NCBI GenBank assembly: GCA_023213395.1
Contig: CM041465.1
Location: forward strand, 199,709,741 to 199,773,740
Reading direction: 5' to 3'
DNA from: Cycas panzhihuaensis
Taxonomy: Eukaryota > Plantae > Cycadophyta
DNA: 64,000 nucleotides
Below, in pieces: positions 60,860 to 64,000 of the stretch. The stretch's first letter is position 1. Every line of letters starts with the position of its first letter. The translations under genes were made by a program, and so were the position numbers. The notes below the pieces were generated by a model. It searched no databases. It worked only from the letters and a program-made list of their open reading frames with translations, and had not been told where the DNA came from.

Positions 60860-63800
60860 TGACCACTCATTTAAATCCTGTGTTACATAACTTATCCGAC
60901 TAAGTTATGTAAACCACTATGGAACTTTGTGTATATGCTATCTAGTGGGCCAATAGTATGCATGGGCGCTGCCGTCCAATAGAATATAAGGCCGCTTAGG
61001 CCACCAATAGGATTACATTTATAAGATCCTATTTTGTCTATATAAGGGTCATAAATTGTAAATGATGGTTATCTTAATAGAACATTTTTATAAAGATTGT
61101 GCTACAGTAATTTTTATCTTTTGGTGATCATTTAGCACTCTGGTATTCCTGTGAAACTCTTGGGTAGCTTGTTTGCTCTGTTGGATAAGAAGACACTACT
61201 GCGATTGTCAAATTCTCTGCTATCTCAAGAGTATTGGCAAGAAAAAACGTCTCAAGTGGTATCAGAGTTGCGTCGCGATAATGGGAGGTTGCCTAAAAGT
61301 CTATAATTTTTTTCTTTCCCTATTAGATCGAGCACTCTCTCTACCCTAGTAGAGATTGAGGAAAGACCCTCACTTAGTACTCTCTCCACGGAGATTGAGG
61401 AACTATATCGGGATAGTCCAAGAGTTGGAAGAAAGGGAAAATTCTTTTCCTAGGTAACTCTAGTATTTTATCTCGTCTTTCATCTGGTTTCAATTTCATT
61501 CATATTTTTTGATTCTTGCATTGAATCATATCTTAAGGGTAGATAACATCACTGGGGGGTTACTTTTTTCTCCCTTCCACCTCCTTTCCTGAGTATCGCA
61601 GGGATCTATTGTTCTGGCTAAGCGCATAGTGGCCTTCTTGCCCTTTACGTGAAGGGTTGGAGTATCACTCCTGAGCCAAGCCTTAGATAGAACCATGCTA
61701 CGATAGTGCACCTCCACATACCTTTGGGTATATAGGAAGGACCCCACCTTCAGGTCCCAATTCTTTTCTAGCATAGGCAATTATCGACCGCTGAAGTCTT
61801 GTAGTGGAGTGGTTAGCGGTTAGCGCCACAAAGCCACCTGCCCTGACTTCTACAGTTTATTGGCAGGCCTATAAGACCAAGCACACCTTATCTAGTGGTT
61901 GGTAGGATACTTTGGTTAAGACTGTAAGCCACCTCACAATTTGAAAAAAAAAAAAAAAAAGAAAGAAAAAAAAAGGGGAAAAAAAAGAAAAGAAAAGAAA
62001 AAAAAAAAAGAAAGAGAAAAAAAAAAAGAAAGAAAAAAAAAAAAAAAAACCCTTACAGGTATATACCTCATTTTGATCAGCACATCATACTAGTCAATTT
62101 GTACTAGGTTGGTATATACTGTAAATTTTCACAATTTTTAGTACCTAGTCACTGGTGGGCCCTTAACCCCCCCCCCCCCCCCCCCCCCCCCTTACACTTC
62201 ACATGCCCCATTCGAGCAAGCTTTTCGTACTGTTGAAAGAACTTAATATCTTGTTTATGTGACTTTCTTTGGGGTCAATAGGCTATAGACACCCCACAAT
62301 CTCCCTATTCATGCCTCTCTCTTTCCTTTAATAACTCCCTTTTTCTTATGTCCCGTTCTTTCTTGATCTTTCCCACTTCGTTCATTCCCCTTCTTTCTAC
62401 TTATTCTCGCCTCTTTATACCCTTTCTCCATGGCTCCTCAAAGTAACAGTGACAAAATCTTGACACTCAAGATGGAAGTTAACAGAATTCATAATAAAAT
62501 AGAGGACCTCGACCACATACTTGAGGAGGTTAAAATCGAAGTAGCTACCATGCATGTAGAATTTAACTCAAAATTTCAAAACCTAGCATCTCATGATGAT
62601 GTCTAAGATGTAATTAAGAGGTTGAACAACTTCTCTCCTCCACCACCAGTTGGTCCTGCACAACAACAAATTGTGCCTCTGCCTCCATGTCAGTAACAAC
62701 CATTCTATTATAAGATCAATATACCCACATTTGATCTAGATCTTAACAGGGATAATGCACAAAGTTAGATTAGCAAACTAGAGTCTTACTTTACACTCAA
62801 CCAAATGTCAGTGAATGAGCAACTTATATTTACTTCTATTCACTTAGATGCGAAGGCACATCATTGGTTTCAATGGTAGAAATGGGAGTACCCCTCCAGC
62901 CATTCTTGGGCATACTTCTCTACCTATTTTTTTGAGTAGTATGAAGACACTTGGAGTTAATCTTTTTTTACACAGCTAACACATTTGAAGCAAGTATCCT
63001 CTGTCGAAGTTTACACGGACGAGTTCTAATATTTACGTAATCAGGTTGATCAACAACTTGATAAATAGACAGAGATAGATACGTACATGTTTGGACTTAA
63101 AGAACGTATCTAAATGCGCTTGAAGACAGTCTCCCTATTCACTCTAAAGGATGTAATTAATATGGCTAAAGCAGTAGAAGTAGAATTTGCTGCAGAAAGA
63201 CCTCCTCCATTTAGATGAGACTCCACATGGTTTTCACGATCCCGACAAGTTGATACGACCTAGTCCCAGGGACCACGATCATGCCCATGACCAAAGGACA
63301 CCCCAACTACATCTCTCGAGCAACGCACTGAGGAATCATCATCGAACTCCATTCACATCACTCCTATAGAGGCACAACATCGTGAGGAAGCCGGTCTATA
63401 TATGTAATATTCTAGAAAATAGACCACTAGTCACAATAGAATCTGCAAAGCTAGGAAGATGGTCTTCACAATTGACCTAGACTTACCCTTGGATGATGAC
63501 CCTAAGACTGAGCATGAATATGATGATTAACCCCAAGACCACCCTGCTGATGAGTTACCCCCAAACCCTAAGCGTAAAGTTTCCTTATCCACTTTTACCT
63601 CCATTACATATCCTGAACTACTTCGAGTCAAAGGAATACTTAGGAAAACCCTAATTACTATTTTGATCGAGGGTGGCGCGCCACTAAATTTCATTGACAT
63701 CTCCATTGCCTGCCAATTGAATCTTTATATAGAACCTAAAACTGGCTTCACTTGCTTCTTACCTAGTCATCACACACTCCATTATGCGGGAACAATAAAA

Positions 63801-64000
63801 AACCTCACGATCCACATTGGCTCATATACCCTTATCTCTGATTTTTATGCCCTGTCCATAGGTGGGTTAGATGCAATTCTTGGTGTATAATGGCTCCAGA
63901 CTCTAGGGACTTATAGCACCAATAACTCACCCACGACCCCCTTCATTATGTTCAAAGATCAAATAGGCCACTCTCATAAACTTTATGGGATGCAAGCCCC
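60860..64000 (+). mobile_element. Younger Ty3/gypsy element: 5' LTR, PBS, leader, gag and protease pseudogene running off the window
   Basis: LTR ends ...gtctCA at 61254 (start approximate). PBS tggtatcagag at 61257; gag ATG at 62430. Gag KLESYFTL..SIHLDAKAHHWF and LKQVSSVEVY. Protease ILIEGGAPLNFI..DFYALSIGGLDAILGV. Several stops. Confidence 0.92.
61943..62191. repeat. Polypurine A-rich tract (61943-62049) and C25 homopolymer (62167-62191)
   Basis: Seen directly in the gypsy leader. Confidence 0.9.

Noticed and set aside
61526-61780. 84-aa antisense ORF in the gypsy leader
   Set aside because: Non-ATG start and no motif; better explained as a chance frame over a GC-richer structured segment.

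Overview
Eukaryotic, AT-rich land-plant DNA, with no prokaryotic features. The Gag motifs and the heavy decay suggest a large-genome gymnosperm or fern-like lineage, but this is not proven. One intact host gene is supported: a 3-exon, minus-strand gene (ATG 7692, stop 6323, 146 aa). It encodes a small uncharacterised protein with a VFED..GIVCY..GEVVCEGYDEGP motif, sits in a CpG-rich island with TATA/DRE/G-box motifs, and has probable non-coding spliced exons downstream. Nearly all the rest is nested, deamination-decayed retrotransposons: Ty3/gypsy remnants, three Ty1/copia pol-bearing copies (one complete with TSD), two ~2-kb Gag-only LTR elements, a 4.7-kb non-autonomous LTR element, a solo LTR and a short non-LTR insertion. 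There are also very long (TA/CA)n tracts, whose YI-repeat ORFs are artefacts. The most unusual observations are: LTRs whose U5 ends carry phased copies of their own terminus plus the tRNA-Met PBS (a 33-bp-period array with variable spacers); a reconstructable Gag-fusion ORF in the mini-elements; structured non-coding blocks in retroelement leaders; and fold-back symmetry in the giant microsatellite. All alignments were made by eye, so boundaries marked approximate may shift.
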